DNA of 64,000 nucleotides, taken from NCBI RefSeq assembly GCF_037042905.1, contig NC_087262.1, positions 15,562,001-15,626,000 of the forward strand. The letters run 5' to 3'. The notes beneath the pieces were generated by a model, which saw only the letters and a list, made by a program, of their open reading frames with translations, ran no database searches and was not told the origin of the DNA. Every line of letters begins with the position of its first letter. Position 1 is the stretch's first letter. Shown here piece after piece: positions 44,294-58,059 of the stretch. A program made the position numbers and the translations under genes. Source of the DNA: Lytechinus pictus (taxonomy: Eukaryota).

Positions 44294-45060
44294 TAAAAAC
44301 ACAGAAAAAGGTAATTTCTCCATGCAGCTCATTTAATTCAGTCAAGGAAAGCATAGGTCTATACGAATTGTAAAACATAGTCAATATTCGGATTCTGGGA
44401 ATCCGTGTCATACAACACATCCATACGATGAGGAACCATCACCTTTTAATTTATGCGTAAAGCAAACTCTAATGACAATCAGTAGCTATACAAAAAAGCT
44501 ACGGTTATTGTTCCTACTAATCAATAGCATACGTTCGTTGTATCGCCAATTAATTTTCGTCTATTTTCTGGGCCGCGGCCAAGCGGGGCTCGCGTACTTT
44601 CAACAAAATAATATACAAGCGGCCGAGACTAATAGCCAACTTTAAGTAACAGTTACCTGACCACAGTAACATTAATTGGTCTCTCATCATCTCGGTAATA
44701 TACCAACTTTACACGATGCTCAATGTGTATTGATTCTATGATTTACAAATGAATGGAAAAGTCCTTGGGAGTCGTAGTCTAGTAATTCTGTTAGCGTGCG
44801 CCCTCGCCATGCACAGAAACGCGGGCAGCGAAAATTACCTTGTTAAATGGTTCATTTCGGGATCAGTGAATGATCATAATCACTGCGGTAATTCGCCAAA
44901 GTGAGAGATAATTTGTTTCTGTGAGGCCACCATATTTTCTAAATTCACTTGCTGCAGATCGTACAGTAACGAATTTCGAACCAAGTTAATGTCTTCGGAT
45001 ATTATAACTGGTGATGTGGCGCGAGTGTGTGCGTGATTAAGTGGGGGGGGGGGGGGGGGT

Positions 45061-45274
45061 CACTGGCGGATCCAGATAGAGGTACATCCGACCCATGCCC
45101 CCCCCCCCCCCCCCGTTTGAGACGCACAATTTTTATTTTTATTTTTTGCTTGTCAAAGTTTCCCTGGAACAAAATGACCTGTATTTGGTAGTGAAAGCCA
45201 TTTTTGTTGGCTCGTCAAAATTTTTCTTTACAAATAAAATGCCTCCCTTTTGAAAAATCCAGGATCCGCCCCTG
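45061..45274. mobile_element. MITE of the GGATCC (hAT-like) family
   Basis: CACTGGCGGATCCAG...CAGGATCCGCCCCTG; same layout as the 34038-34308 copy; TSD unclear in G-rich flanks. Confidence 0.7.
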
Positions 45275-46452
45275 GGTGGGGAGAATTTATCTGTGAAAGG
45301 GTGTGTAGGGTGGGGTGTAAAGGAAGGGGGAGCATGATGAAGCAGAATATAGATTGATTTGGTTACGCAATGAGACAATGAGATGGGCCCAGTGCCAAGG
45401 ATACAATGCTTTAATACAGTGTTATAATTAGTTGTCATTTTAAATACTACATTATAGACGTTATATTATTGCCAAAAAGGCACCCTCTTTTTGTTCCAAA
45501 ATTTCTGACAACCCAAAATCGGGATCGAATACTACCATATTTATGAGTTTCCCGTCGAATTATTCTTTCAGGAGTCAAACAGCTATCATTTCAATCACTT
45601 TTCCACTGACACTTCTTTTGTTGTCTTTTGAAACAAATCTACAATTCGATATACGATTATGTGAGTCCACTTTGTTCAGAAAGAGGGGTTTGTGTAAATC
45701 TATGTATATTGTAGACGGAAGGGAAGGAGACAATATTCTTATGAAAATTCATCTTCAAGTATGGCGACATTTTGGAGGATTCATCAAAATAAATGCAGAG
45801 GCCAATATATTCCAGGAATCTAGTGATTGTATATCTTATTATTCTAGTTACAATAATGATACAATCTATATCCTTGTACATGTCACAGAAAACTCCTAAC
45901 ACCATCCACAACCAGCGTCAAAGGCCTCGTTAATTTCCGCGGGAGATGTTTGCGGAACACTCACAATCCGCCCAAAAAAATATCTAAAGAAAATCACGAA
46001 ATGAAAAATTCATCTCGGTCCTCGCTTTCATCCGTTCACATCATCCTGATACTTACAATATTGGCTCCAGTGTTTCTGATTTAAAATGTTGATTAAGTCG
46101 TCATGGCAACGATTAGTTGGCTTAACACGGAAGACAAATTACACGGGGTGATCCGAGCTGAGTTTGGGTCGCCTGTTGCAGGTTTTGCTGGCAGATGAAC
46201 GTATCAAAGATGCGTGTCAGATTCCCTTCTTTTATCACTTGAATTCTTCACCTTCAAATAACAATCGCCTCAACTCTTCACCTTTCTTTTGACAACATCT
46301 GATTTCAAATACAAACAGAGAATCTGTCTGCTGCATGTGACATCCGCAATGTTACAAAACCGATGAAAGAGTGTAAGATTCCCTTTATCAAGATGGCCAA
46401 CATGTAATCCAACGCATTGACATTATCTCGTCTGATTCTACAGTTATCTGTG

Positions 46453-46903
46453 CCCTGCAAAAACTCAGGTGTTGTTTTAACACCAGCCCGGAATCTATAT
46501 ATGCATGATCATTGGCGGCGGGAGCCAAAAATTTTAGTGGGGACCACCAAATAAAGGTTATCAACCCAAAAATTTAGGGGGGACGCAGAAAACAAAATTG
46601 ACAAGCAAAAAAAAAGGTTATAAACCAAAAAATTTTAGCAAGCAAAAAAGGTTGTCAACAAAAAATTTAGAGGGGATCGTCCCCCACCTCAAATTTAGGG
46701 GGGACACGTCCACCCCGCTTCCGCCGCCTATGTGCATGATAATGTCCACACCAGAGATGTATTGAAACAACACCAGTTTGGAATCAAACCGATGCTGGTG
46801 TTAGACCAGAAACGAAACTGGTGTTGTTTAACACTTCTCTGATGTGGACATAATTATATAGATTCCGGGCTGGTGTTAAATAAACACCAGAGTTTTTGCA
46901 GTG
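46453..46903. mobile_element. Fold-back MITE (CACTG termini, CACTA-like) carrying a nested hAT MITE
   Basis: CCCTGCAAAAACTCAGGTGTTGTTTTAACACCAGCCCGGAATCTATAT ... ATATAGATTCCGGGCTGGTGTTAAATAAACACCAGAGTTTTTGCAGTG, with TG on both flanks. Confidence 0.8.
46510..46732. mobile_element. hAT-type MITE nested in the fold-back element
   Basis: CATTGGCGGCGGGAGC...GCTTCCGCCGCCTATG; exact 8-bp TSD TGCATGAT at 46502-46509 and 46733-46740; same family as 33439-33568. Confidence 0.85.
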
Positions 46904-47984
46904 TGTGGTCCTTTATCTCTCTATCCTACTGTCTTTCTTACATCCCTCCATCCGATTTCTCTATCCTTTGTAAATTAGTAAGTATTCTTTCTTTTTAGAT
47001 TTCTTTTAAGCTAATCCACTTTACCATATCACGCCTTTCATTTCATCATTTCTCTTCTCTCCTCTATATCTCTCTCCACCTTTCATCCTTTCTCTATTTC
47101 TTCTTCTTTCTTTCTCATCTGTTGATTATGTACCCCAAGTCTTGATCAACTGGAAGATTCGCACAATTTGTTATGTTTACACGATGCCACTGTTATTCCA
47201 ATAGTGTTGAGATAGGGTCTAATGTTTGCGTGGAAGACATGAAAGACGTGAAGTTTAAGGAGTAGAAATGAATAACCCCCAATCCATCTTGGAAACTATA
47301 ATTATGCTCGGTGACTTCTGAAGCGATATACGTCATCATGTTTCCAATTTTTCACCTTTAACCATATAAACACTTTTTGTTCTGTTATCCTGGTTATCTA
47401 TAAATTGTTGTTTGGTCTATATCCACATCATTTTTTTTTTCCAAATTTTTGTATTTATTTTTTATATCTTGTACTTTTAAAAGATCTTTTCGTATAACAT
47501 TATTCTTAATTTTTTAAAGTTTCGATTTTTTAATTTGTTGACCTTGTACTTTTTAAAGATCTTTTCGTATATATTGGTTATTGATCTTTTTCTCTTTCTT
47601 CATATTGTTTTCTCTTTTATCATTCTTTTCCTTAGCCATGTTAACGCTTATTATTCAAATTTCTTCTCTCCCTTATCGTCCTCCAACTCCTCCTACAGGG
47701 AACGCGAAAGCGAGGGGGGGGGGATGGGGTGGCTTCAGCCCATCACTTTTTTCCAAAACCGTGTACAAAAACGTAAAAATGACCATAATTTTTTTGATTT
47801 TTTGTTTGGTCAGCCCCCCCCCCCCACTTTGAAAGTCGTTCCGCAGCCCCTGTCCTATATCCCATTCTTCTTCTTTAGTTTCTGTTTTTCTCTTGCACTT
47901 ATTTTGCTTTTCCATTTCCTTATTTTCTTCTAAAATATTTATTGTTCGTCCTTCTCTATCGTTTACATCCTCTTCCTTCCCCTT

Positions 47985-48075
47985 CTCTCCTCCTTTTTCT
48001 TCTTCTTCTCCTTCTTCTTCTTCTTCTTCTTCTTCTTCTTCTTCTTTTTCTTCTTCTACTTCTTCTTCTATTTCT
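47985..48075. repeat. (TTC)n microsatellite
   Basis: Long TCT/TTC run producing the poly-Glu, poly-Ser and poly-Leu ORFs. Confidence 0.9.
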
Positions 48076-48747
48076 TTTTCTCTCCTCCTCATCGTCATCC
48101 TCATCGATGTCGTCCATTTTCTCATTTAATTCCTTTTTTAATTTTCTCTATATGCCCTCCCACATTCTTTATGCAGTCGTCCCATTTACACAATTTTCTT
48201 TCTTTCCTTTAACACTGTTATAATCTGCTAAGTGACAAAAACGTTGCAAATGGAAAATCTCCCTCTCTAGACTAATTTCATTGGTACTTAGAGCATACTC
48301 AAGGGATCCTGTTTCTCAGACACATTCCCCCTTTTTCCACTCTAAATAAAACATTTCCAACATACTTGTACATTGCGAGGGCATCATTCTTACCCCTATG
48401 AGACTTTACAACATGACATGTGCTCTCTCAGGTCTCGCCAAGTCATGTTTTAGCCCGTGAGCACGATGGTTAGGAAATAAGTAGTTGTCAGATGAAAGTA
48501 TCAGCCATATAAAGAAGAAAATTGACGTGTAAGAGAAAGAGAGATGCTTTTAAAAATTTCATCCACACTGAACATGGGAGTAAAACGGCCAGTTTTAGCC
48601 AAATAACATTGACAAAGCAACGCTTTCATATTACTCTTGGTTTAGAAGCAAGAACATCTTTTCATGGACAATCAATCACGTCTGTAGACTCACTCTGATT
48701 GTGTAAACTGGATTGTTGCTGGTCTAGAAAAGAAAAGCATCAAAATG

Positions 48748-49000
48748 AATAATAATAATAATAATAATAATAACGTTTTATTTACCCAGGGTAGCCACTT
48801 CAGTTAGGAAACTGCTCTACCAGCGGGCCATGCATAACATAATATGTTATTATTACCCTTCTCCAATCTAAATGCTGAGCGCCTGCAATAAGGCAGAAGG
48901 TCCCATTTTTACAAGTCTTTGGTATGACTCGGCCGAGGATCGAACCCACAACCTCCCGTTCATTAGGCTGACGCTCTACCACTGAGCCACCATGCCCGGT
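48748..49000 (-). mobile_element. tRNA-derived SINE
   Basis: Minus strand: GGTGGCTCAGTGGTAGAGCG (A-box) ... GGGTTCGATCC (B-box), body, and (ATT)n tail at 48748-48772. Confidence 0.85.
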
Positions 49001-49784
49001 TTAAATCAATAAACAACCTTTGCAAGAGTGTTCATAGTGAAGAGATAAGATTGCCCGGTCGTGTCTCGTGCACCTTGTGGCTGAAGTAGAAATCAAAGTA
49101 ACCAAACTCTCACCGGTTTAATCATGAGTTCATGTGCAAAATGAAAAATAACAAGTATTTTCAATTCTTGCTCAAAGTTGAACTTACGAGCTGCCATTTT
49201 GCATCAGGGTACCGAATATCGTCGAATCTCTTCAAGCTCACATCACAAAGCGCAAATAAAGTTCAATAAAGAGTACCGCAGTACAAGATTCGAACCAGGG
49301 ACCTGTTAGATCGCAGTCAGGCAATCGAATCCACTGGACTATAAAGTACCTCTATACCAAACGGTTTTACAATCCGGCGCCTTGAATTTGGTTCTTGCAA
49401 ACTTTAATTGTCGGGGCATAATAAAAGACAAGTGTTGCAGGGGGATTCGCATCCGGAACCTCGTGGTTCACTGTCCGGGAACAAATCCACTTATCCACAA
49501 GTCAACAACACCACAAAAAGACTGGAAATAATGAATTTACGATCAACCATGGTAGATTTGATCTATTAAGAAAGTTTCCAAGGATCTCGTGCCACTCAAG
49601 CAGATTTCGGTACTTTCATATCTTCTCAAGATATGCCTTAACCATGTTATGTTGGTGTCCATTTGTAATAGAACACATTGTATTCAAATCAAAATATGCT
49701 GGAATTCGATATGCATTATGCAATGAAAAAGAGAACCAAATAAATGCATCATTATCACAAGGAATTCACAGCTTCATCGCACTT

Positions 49785-49960
49785 TTTTTTAAAACAAGTG
49801 CTCACCTAGTTGCCAATAGTGCATACAGCATTCCCATTTATTTGAAAGCAGGATAAAAGAGCATTGTAGATTAAATGCCTTACTCACGGGCATAGGTGCC
49901 GCGGCCGGGGATCGAACCATGTATAGCCAGGCGCCTTAGACCACTTGGCCACGTCACCTC
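49785..49960 (-). mobile_element. tRNA-derived SINE fragment
   Basis: Minus strand: GTGGCCAAGTGGTCTAAGGCGCC...GGTTCGATCCCCGGCCGCGGCACC followed by SINE-like body. Confidence 0.7.
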
Positions 49961-52323
49961 CATATAAATGTTTATTTCGATAATACCTTGAATGATAAGC
50001 CCTATATCGTTTTACTAGACACAGTCCCGCTTATTGAAGAGTTAGAGCTACTTCGTAATAAAACAATAACACGAGTGAATATTATGGGATTAGGGTTAGA
50101 ACAATCGAAATCAATTATCAAAGGGGAAATAAAATAAAATAATCAAAGAAATAACAATTTTTAATGAATCTTATTGATATTATCACAAAGGGCGTGTCCT
50201 CTCAATATGAGTATGTTTGTTTATACTGTAATGGCAGATTCAATTTTTTTGTGAATGTCAAGTGCATGTATGATCCAATTACTAGTAGTAATTATTTGAA
50301 CCGCCCCCGATTTTTATTTTCATACACGCAGGTATTAGTAGTTGCATGGAAGCATAGATTAATATTGGTCAAACAGACTTACTTCAATAAATATTGATGG
50401 CCTTTTCGCAATTAGTCGTATATAGCCCGAACTTATGGGTGGGAAGTCAAACAAATGCAATCATGCGATACATATCTCATATTCGCATTAGCAAACATTT
50501 ATTTAATGAAAACGTCATTTATGCCAGCACGTGCTCGTAATAAACCGCTCCATCCTGCACGTCACCTATCAGAGCCAAGTCATGGGGGGAAAGGCAAGGA
50601 TCATTATTGGGTGGTGAGGTTTGATGAAAGTTTGAGCAACAGCTACTTCAATGATGCTTCTTTTTGGCGCAATCTTGTTTGTCTTCTTAGAGCTACCGTA
50701 GCAAATTGAGATTGTGCGCGTGATATGGAGATGATGAGGTCTTAAATTGAGTCTGATAGGTTCAGCCTAGATTGAGCGAGCAGCAATTGAGCGACGTGGA
50801 ATTAACAATACAAAACAGCTTTCCAGTGCTCGATGAAGCCCGTCTAATGACGTCACAATGTGGACTCCGTGGGCGCTATAACTGAATCAAAAGACAAGAT
50901 GATATTTCTAAAATACACAGTAAAATCATAATTAAACAGTGATTACGTATCGATTTAGAATAATAAGTTTACTGCATGAACTTACGGTTTTCTTATGAGA
51001 GTCTTTGAGAATTTAAACAAAATGTTTTGAAATTCAAACAGCAATGTTCAACGTTGAAGAAATAGCTTTCGCATTGTTATGCTATGCAAAACATTTTGCT
51101 TAGCTTTTCAAAATTACCTGATATTAAATATGTTAAACCAGGCTGTATAAAATGTATTTGACGTGTAATTTAGTTCAGAATAATTATTTTAACTAGAAAT
51201 AAATGTGCATGAAAGGGTGAATATCATTATTATACTCACTGTTACCTTTAGTTACGGAGAGAAATACCCGTATGCGATTGCCTATTTAGAGTACTCGTGA
51301 AGCCATTATTAATATCCATGAACAGTTTTATTCCTTTACACCCCGACATATTTTGGTTCACGCTTAGTATTAGCATTCAAATTTCTTGTGATGAATTTAT
51401 GGAACGAATCATCGTATATGGACAAGCGAATAGAATCAATATTTGTATTATCCCAATGGCGCTCTGCTTTTGGTATGAATGCATTTTTAACTTTTGTTCG
51501 ATTTTCATCATACTTTGCCGCCATTACAAGCAGGTGGTTTATTTCTCTTGCTTGGCCAGTTTATGTGAAAGAGAGTAACACTTTTCAAGAGGAGAAATTG
51601 ATGATATCTAGCTCATATTCGCATCATTATCGTGGAACAGGATATTGTAATAGTATGTTACTATGCTTGACCATATCACTGACCATTATTATTTGGACGA
51701 GCATTGGCCAGATATTGATGATGATAATGGGGGGTGGAGTATATAGTGCGTAATACTGTGTACGGTGTCATACAGTAACACAAGTTGATACATCACGCCC
51801 TTTCGATTTCCATGAATTCAAAGTTTTATTTTAATTGTGTTAGTGTGGACCTGTAATCACAGTAATCTGGTAATAACAACTTATTCTATTATTTTACCCT
51901 GCATTTTATAACATGTTGCTGTGTCGGAAACTCTACATGTCCATTCAGAAATAGTAAATGGAATATGAATACCTTACGGTTTGAGCCATATTAATTTGTT
52001 TTAAGTTGCAAGAATGGCAATCCTTCATGTCGATATACCCCATCGTATACCAATCACAACAAACATATTCATTATTCACCCCTTTCTAAACATATTTATT
52101 ATTCACCCCTTACTTTGAAATTGCCGAAGACGACCAAGGGAAGATCAAGGATTTCCGAAGAAGAGAGAGAGAGAGAGTATAAAAAAGCTATTTGAAATAC
52201 TTTCCATACAATAAATGAGGAAATCGTTTTTACTTTCCCCTCCCAACTCCCTGTTTAAACCATTCATTAAATCTATAACTTTGCCTAGAATTAGATAAAG
52301 GCGCAGAACAGTGCCTGGGGGTA

Positions 52324-52605
52324 CACTGTTTAAAAAAACGTGATTTTACAGAAAAAAAGAAGATTTTTTCAGAAAGCAATAACAGAATCATTCTGTAAAT
52401 TCATAAAACATGAATTTTTCTGCAATTTAACAGAACAGGTCTGTTTAAAAAGGGGAAAAGGATGTTTTATTCAAGGAAATTTGTAAGATTCCATACACCA
52501 AATACCAATTTCCTGTAAGATTACGCAATCTGGTAAGATTACAGGTGTTCTCGAGACTCTGCTGCATGAACTTTTTTTATTTTAAGGATAAATTTTCTAA
52601 CAGTG
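52324..52605. mobile_element. MITE with CACTG termini
   Basis: TA|CACTGTTTAAAAA...TTTTCTAACAGTG|TA; internal TTACAGAA/TTCTGTAA subrepeats. Confidence 0.65.
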
Positions 52606-55600
52606 TATAGGCCGAAAATAATTACCGACCTAAATTCGCCAATGGATATGATAGCTGTACAATGGATGTTTTGGGCATCAATAAACATGCTAATGTAAGT
52701 GATTATTGTAAGTATACACGTTTTCACAAAGAGATACTAATTTGTATGGACATATATATTTATGTAGATATGCGGGCAACATCCTCACAAACTGAGGCCC
52801 TCACCAAGGGTGACTGGCATTCGGATGTTCCGAGGTTATGTAAATATTTCCCCCCATCGAGACTTGGCCGGGCGTTTTCCATTTTATTAATTTCACGCCC
52901 GAATTATACTTTGGGATGCGATGAATTATAGATCCATTCATTACAGTTGCAGTAGCAACACTGACATGAAAATGTTCACGTGGGATCGAATGACGCCGCG
53001 AGCCAGTGATTCCAAAACGATTAGATTTAACATAAACACTGTTCACCTTGAACCTTGCTGTATGTGAGCCACTTTTATTCGAATTGAGTCAGCACTAATT
53101 ACTTATGACTTAATGTATCTACCAACAAGCCACTGGCTATAATTAGGCAAAATTGGGATGCTATTAACACTGATTTTAAAATGGCTTTTGAAGAGATCTG
53201 TCGGTCACAACCATGTTAAGAGGCGGATAAAATAAGCTCCACCACTACACTCTTAAAGCAAATCAGTCAAATTGACTAGACCAGTAGTCAGCCGGGTGCA
53301 ACTGATATAACAATCACTGATAGTCACATTTCTGACATAATATTCTAGTCAGAAATAACTCTGTTCTAGTAAAATACGACTAGAAAATAATCAAGTATGA
53401 CTAGAATAATAGTTGCACCCAGCTGACCCTATCAACTAGTCATCATGACTTGTCTGTGGTCAAAACATTTCCGCTACAATGGGTGTCAGGAGGCATTACA
53501 GTCACATTTTTAACATCTCACTCGATCGATAAGTTTGGAAAGAGTTTCCCATTGCCTTATCACAATCAATAAAATACAAAAGACAAAGCATGACAGCAAC
53601 GGGCGCTAGGTTACTTTTAGGGGGTGACCTAATTGTGACGTCATTTTTTCACAAACGAATAACTGGGGTATTATAGACTTATACGACCCAAAACTCTCTT
53701 TTGATTCTGCCCTTCTTTGTTTTTTCTACTTTTTGTCTCCTATCCTTCTTTTTACCTTTTGCCAATAATATCATGGGGGCGTTTGCTACATGTCCCCTAC
53801 CATGACAGCATCTCTGCCTCTGATGAGAGTATAGGATCAGCTATAGAATCGGCTAAATGATCGAAATAATAATTATGAACATTCATTTTATGAATCATCT
53901 TATCTGTAATTTTTCATGGACAAATTTGCTCTTGACAAATCAGATGCTATGATTTTTTTTTCAATCAAAATCAATGATAGATCACTTCATGAAAGGCTAT
54001 CAAAATTGTGTTTGAAGAAAAACAAATGGGGTAAGACCCTCACCCCATAGCTGAAATAACGCAGTATCTTGTCTTTATTACAAAAAGTAGTTTTGAACAC
54101 TTCTATAAGGCATGTACTTTAAATTATAATACTAATATCATAGAGCCATCTCCTTTTACTGATTGGTTTCAACTGCAGCTGTGCATGGCTGAGCAATAGC
54201 GACCATAATGACCATCGTCGGTTTGTCAAAATCGTGTCAAAGCCGCCTTTTCTGACGGCTGAGCTGAATGGTGTTCGTTCAATACGCTCCTATCATCACA
54301 AAAGTGCAATGAGTTGGAGTTATACTAGTAATTCAACCTTAATGGCAACTTCGTGAACATTTCATTTTAACTACTTTTCCAATAATACACGCTAACTTAT
54401 CACAACCTCTGCTGTTTTTGGCGGGGTTTTTTCTTGGCATTGATCATTGATATCATAAATATTCACCAATAACAATTTTCTGTAATTCACTCGATAAGCA
54501 AATTTATTTGTTTAAACAATCGTTTGTTTATTTATTTGATTATTAATTTATCCAATTGTCAATCGTTTTACTCATCTATGAATAACAAAGCATTTTTACA
54601 ATAAATGCATAACCACGGACTGTCTTATCATGAATGTGATTGGATAATTCAATCAAAAATAATATCATGAGCGATTTAGGTTTTATGTTTAAGTGGCGGC
54701 TTCTCCTACATATCTTAATAGCCTGAATCTGTTGGTGATGATAACTAGACCATTCCATTGCAACTCTGTAGAGTATACAGTGATAATGAGAGAAAAGAGA
54801 CCGCGTTTGATCTTGGGGGTAAAGTGAGGAATGGTGTGATATATCAATATCAGGCTTTTCACTTAAATGCACATTGAACAATAATTCAGAAATGCAAGCT
54901 TAAGTGCACTGGTAATTACCTCTTCCCGCGCTTGAGAAACGTAATCGAAATTTGCATGCATGGGAATGCCATGTAAAAAAAAACCCCGGCAATACTTTTT
55001 CGAAAGGAAAGTTCCCACAGACATCAAATTCACAGCGTTCATTTACGGTTGTGCGCAGGTGCTGCGCAGTCGAAGACGAATGGCGGGGGAAAGGGGTTGA
55101 GCTCCACTTTTTGTTAGAGCACAATTTCCCGGCGGATGTGTTAACGTGAAGCTTTTTAGAGATATGATCAATCCGGTTTACGTACATTGATTTAGACAGG
55201 TGGGAATACCAATGTAGAGAGGGTGATTTTGACGTGTTAACAGCATGTCCACAACACCTCGGGTTTAATGCCAACTTATATTACACCAAAGTATTTATAA
55301 GCATTTTTGTTTGCAAGGGGGAGAATATTCATCGAAAAATGTGAGTAGAGTGGCGTAGGGTGGTAAAATTAGGACAGTGATGTATGGAAAATAGAAATCG
55401 ATAACGATCATAAAAAATATAATGTAATGTTAACACGATACTTAATATCTTTTTTGTCGGGGCGGGGGCAAAATATCCTAGTAAGAAACATTGATTTGAT
55501 TGGTTCGATAGCATTTATTCCATTCAGCATAAAAAACTAGGAACCCTCAGAGTTAACATACATTACATGGGAAAATACTGCAATGATAAAATCTGAAAAA

Positions 55601-56408
55601 CATTTGAAAAAAAACATTTTGAATAAATGAGGAGGCAACTAGAAAGGCAAAGCCTTATTAGTGCTGCCACCTTTACAAAAACTGGAAACTGAATATAGGC
55701 CTATGATAATGTGAAATATTGTAGAATGTATGATATAATAAATATATGATATTATGATGTAATAAATATTGTATAAATATTTTAAAGCAGATACGAACCA
55801 ATAGCGCCATCTCGAGTCCTCAACTTCTCTTACCTGGCCAGTTTCCTGACCCATAATGCTAGTGTAGTCTTGTAATATAGACCCACTTGAATGATAACAT
55901 GCTAATTAACTACTCAATACATTTATACCGCAATAATAATGTTACCAAGTAGCAGAACAATTATTTTTCCTCTCAAAACATTTAGTTTTTCTACACAAAT
56001 ACAATTATAGGTCATTTTACTTTTCTGTATAGTATTAGTAGATATCTGAAAACGTATGTTTTAAGACTATGTATTTATAACACACAGTCAATGAGAGACC
56101 ACACACAGTTCACTCCCCCTTTAAGCATTGTATGGACAGATTTTAAAGTTCTTTCAATTAGAAAAGAATGGTTATAAAATTCACTACAGTGCAAGACGGT
56201 CACTTTCATTTAGCGGATTCTCCGGATACTGATAATCGCTGATTAAGATCAGTCGTTATTGAGAGATCAGCGAAAATCCGACATTGATCTTGCATTTGAT
56301 GGGCTAATCTATAATCACGTGATTAACTTTTCACCAATCAGAAGGTAATATCCTAGGTATGTGGAATATGAGTCATATCCATGGAGGTTTGTCCACCTCT
56401 ATGGCCTA

Positions 56409-56640
56409 CACTCTAAATTCCAAGGATTTCAAATAAATCCAGATCGGCTGTGAACAGTTACCAGCCGAATATTAGATTTAGATTTAAACCTTGTTGATTT
56501 GAATATGAATCTAAAAGATTTGAATATGAATCTTTTGAGATTTAAAAGTTAATTCTTAGGATTTAAAATGAATTCAAAATTCGGCTGGTCACTATTCACA
56601 GCCGATCCAGATTTATTTTAAATCCTTGGAATTTAGAGTG
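56409..56640. mobile_element. Fold-back MITE with about 55-bp TIRs
   Basis: TA|CACTCTAAATTCCAAGGATTT..GATCGGCTGTGAA..CCAGCCGAAT ... ATTCGGCTGG..TTCACAGCCGATC..AAATCCTTGGAATTTAGAGTG|TA. Confidence 0.85.
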
Positions 56641-57820
56641 TATATCGGTAGTTCGTGGGCCTACATCCATTTGTTATGAGCTGACTTTAAAATCCAACCT
56701 ATAGAAAAAGAGAATAGGCCTACAAAGTTCTCCCCTCCCCATCCACTTCTCTCTCTCTCTTCCCCCCATCTCCCCTCGCTCCCTCTCCCTTCCTTTTAAT
56801 TAGTGGTGATAGAAAAAATGTCTCTTCTTCCAAGTTTTTCAATTCCATTCTATCAAGACAAAAGAGTGGATAAAAAATCAATGAAGTCATCACTCTTTAG
56901 ACATTTCGAGGAGAAACACGTCACTCCACAACGTGCCAACTCGTTCCCATAATGCCCCAGTCACAACTTACCAAACCGTCTCTAAACCGATCGATGGTGT
57001 GCCATTGGGAATAACGTATTAACTCTGGACGGACTGCGGTTGGTTTCGCGGGTGTGACTGCAGCATAAACGTGAGAATAAAAGCACCTTGACAGGTTTGA
57101 CCCTTTTAACGAAAATGAGATAAAACTTTCGCACCCTCTCGATTTACATCTCCTTATTAAAAGAGGAGAAACTGCATGAATGGGGGCTAATATTTTGTCT
57201 CAATTATAAGGTCTCTCATGGGCTTTTCTTAACACGCTAATCGCACCAAGGGAAAATTAAGGCTTGATTGCAAACGGCAGCTATCGCGGTGCTATCAGTG
57301 ATTCTGCATAAAATTGTGGAAAGGAATAAATTGCCTATTCCCAGTGAGAATAGCATCTGAAAGGGAGTGAAAGTATTATCCTGAAAAACAATAATTATCA
57401 CGTTACGATTCTCGGTGGATTATCAGATACACGTGTTATCTTCCTAATGAACTTTATGGCAACAAACTACAGAGTATAGTTATAAGTACTCAGTCAGTTT
57501 TAGTAGGCCCATATCAAATGTGAGGGTTTTTTTTTTGTTGGGGGGGGGGTTTTAATGTTTCCTAAGTTCAAATTAAAAAAATAGTTATGTCACAATATTT
57601 ACGCATTGGTGCATCACAAGTTAATAGGATTTAGAGTATTAGAAAGAGACAGAATAATTCATAGTGATTTTTTCAGGTCACCAAAATAATACCAGGGGCC
57701 CCTTGCATACAAACTCTGGCAAACAAAATTATGCAATTGTAAAATTACACATTAAAAAACTATGGCAAAAATTGGTAAAGAGTTATTTTTAAGGCAAAAG
57801 TTTTAGGCAATGGTCCCCAG

Positions 57821-57992
57821 GTGGGTGTTTCATAAAGCTGTTCGTAAGTTAAGAGTGACTTTAAGAACGACCGGTGATCAATTCTTGCGGTAAATGGTAT
57901 ATTCATTGGCGATGGTTTAGCGTGTAAGAAAGGATCACCAGTCGTTATCAAAGTCGCTCTTAAGTTACAAACATCTTTATGAAACGGCCCCC
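57821..57992. mobile_element. PIF/Harbinger-like MITE
   Basis: GTGGGTGTTTCATAAAGCTGTTCGTAAGTTAAGAGTGACTTT...AAAGTCGCTCTTAAGTTACAAACATCTTTATGAAACGGCCCC, flanked by CAG/CTG. Confidence 0.75.
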
Positions 57993-58059
57993 TGGGGGCC
58001 GTTTCATAAAGATGTTTGTAACTTAAGGGATTTTGTTGTCTGACAAGTTGTCAAATCAG

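Noticed and set aside
44143-44373. Poly-Ala ORF
   Set aside because: (GCC)n tract that is part of the HINE-like repeat.
40785-46400. Candidate first non-coding exons of SLC46 (minus-strand donors near 40786, 44657 and 46056)
   Set aside because: An upstream exon is implied by the acceptor at 38981, but sequence alone cannot choose among these donors.
47535-48223. Poly-Glu, poly-Ser and poly-Leu ORFs
   Set aside because: Translations of a (TTC)n microsatellite and an adjacent MITE remnant.
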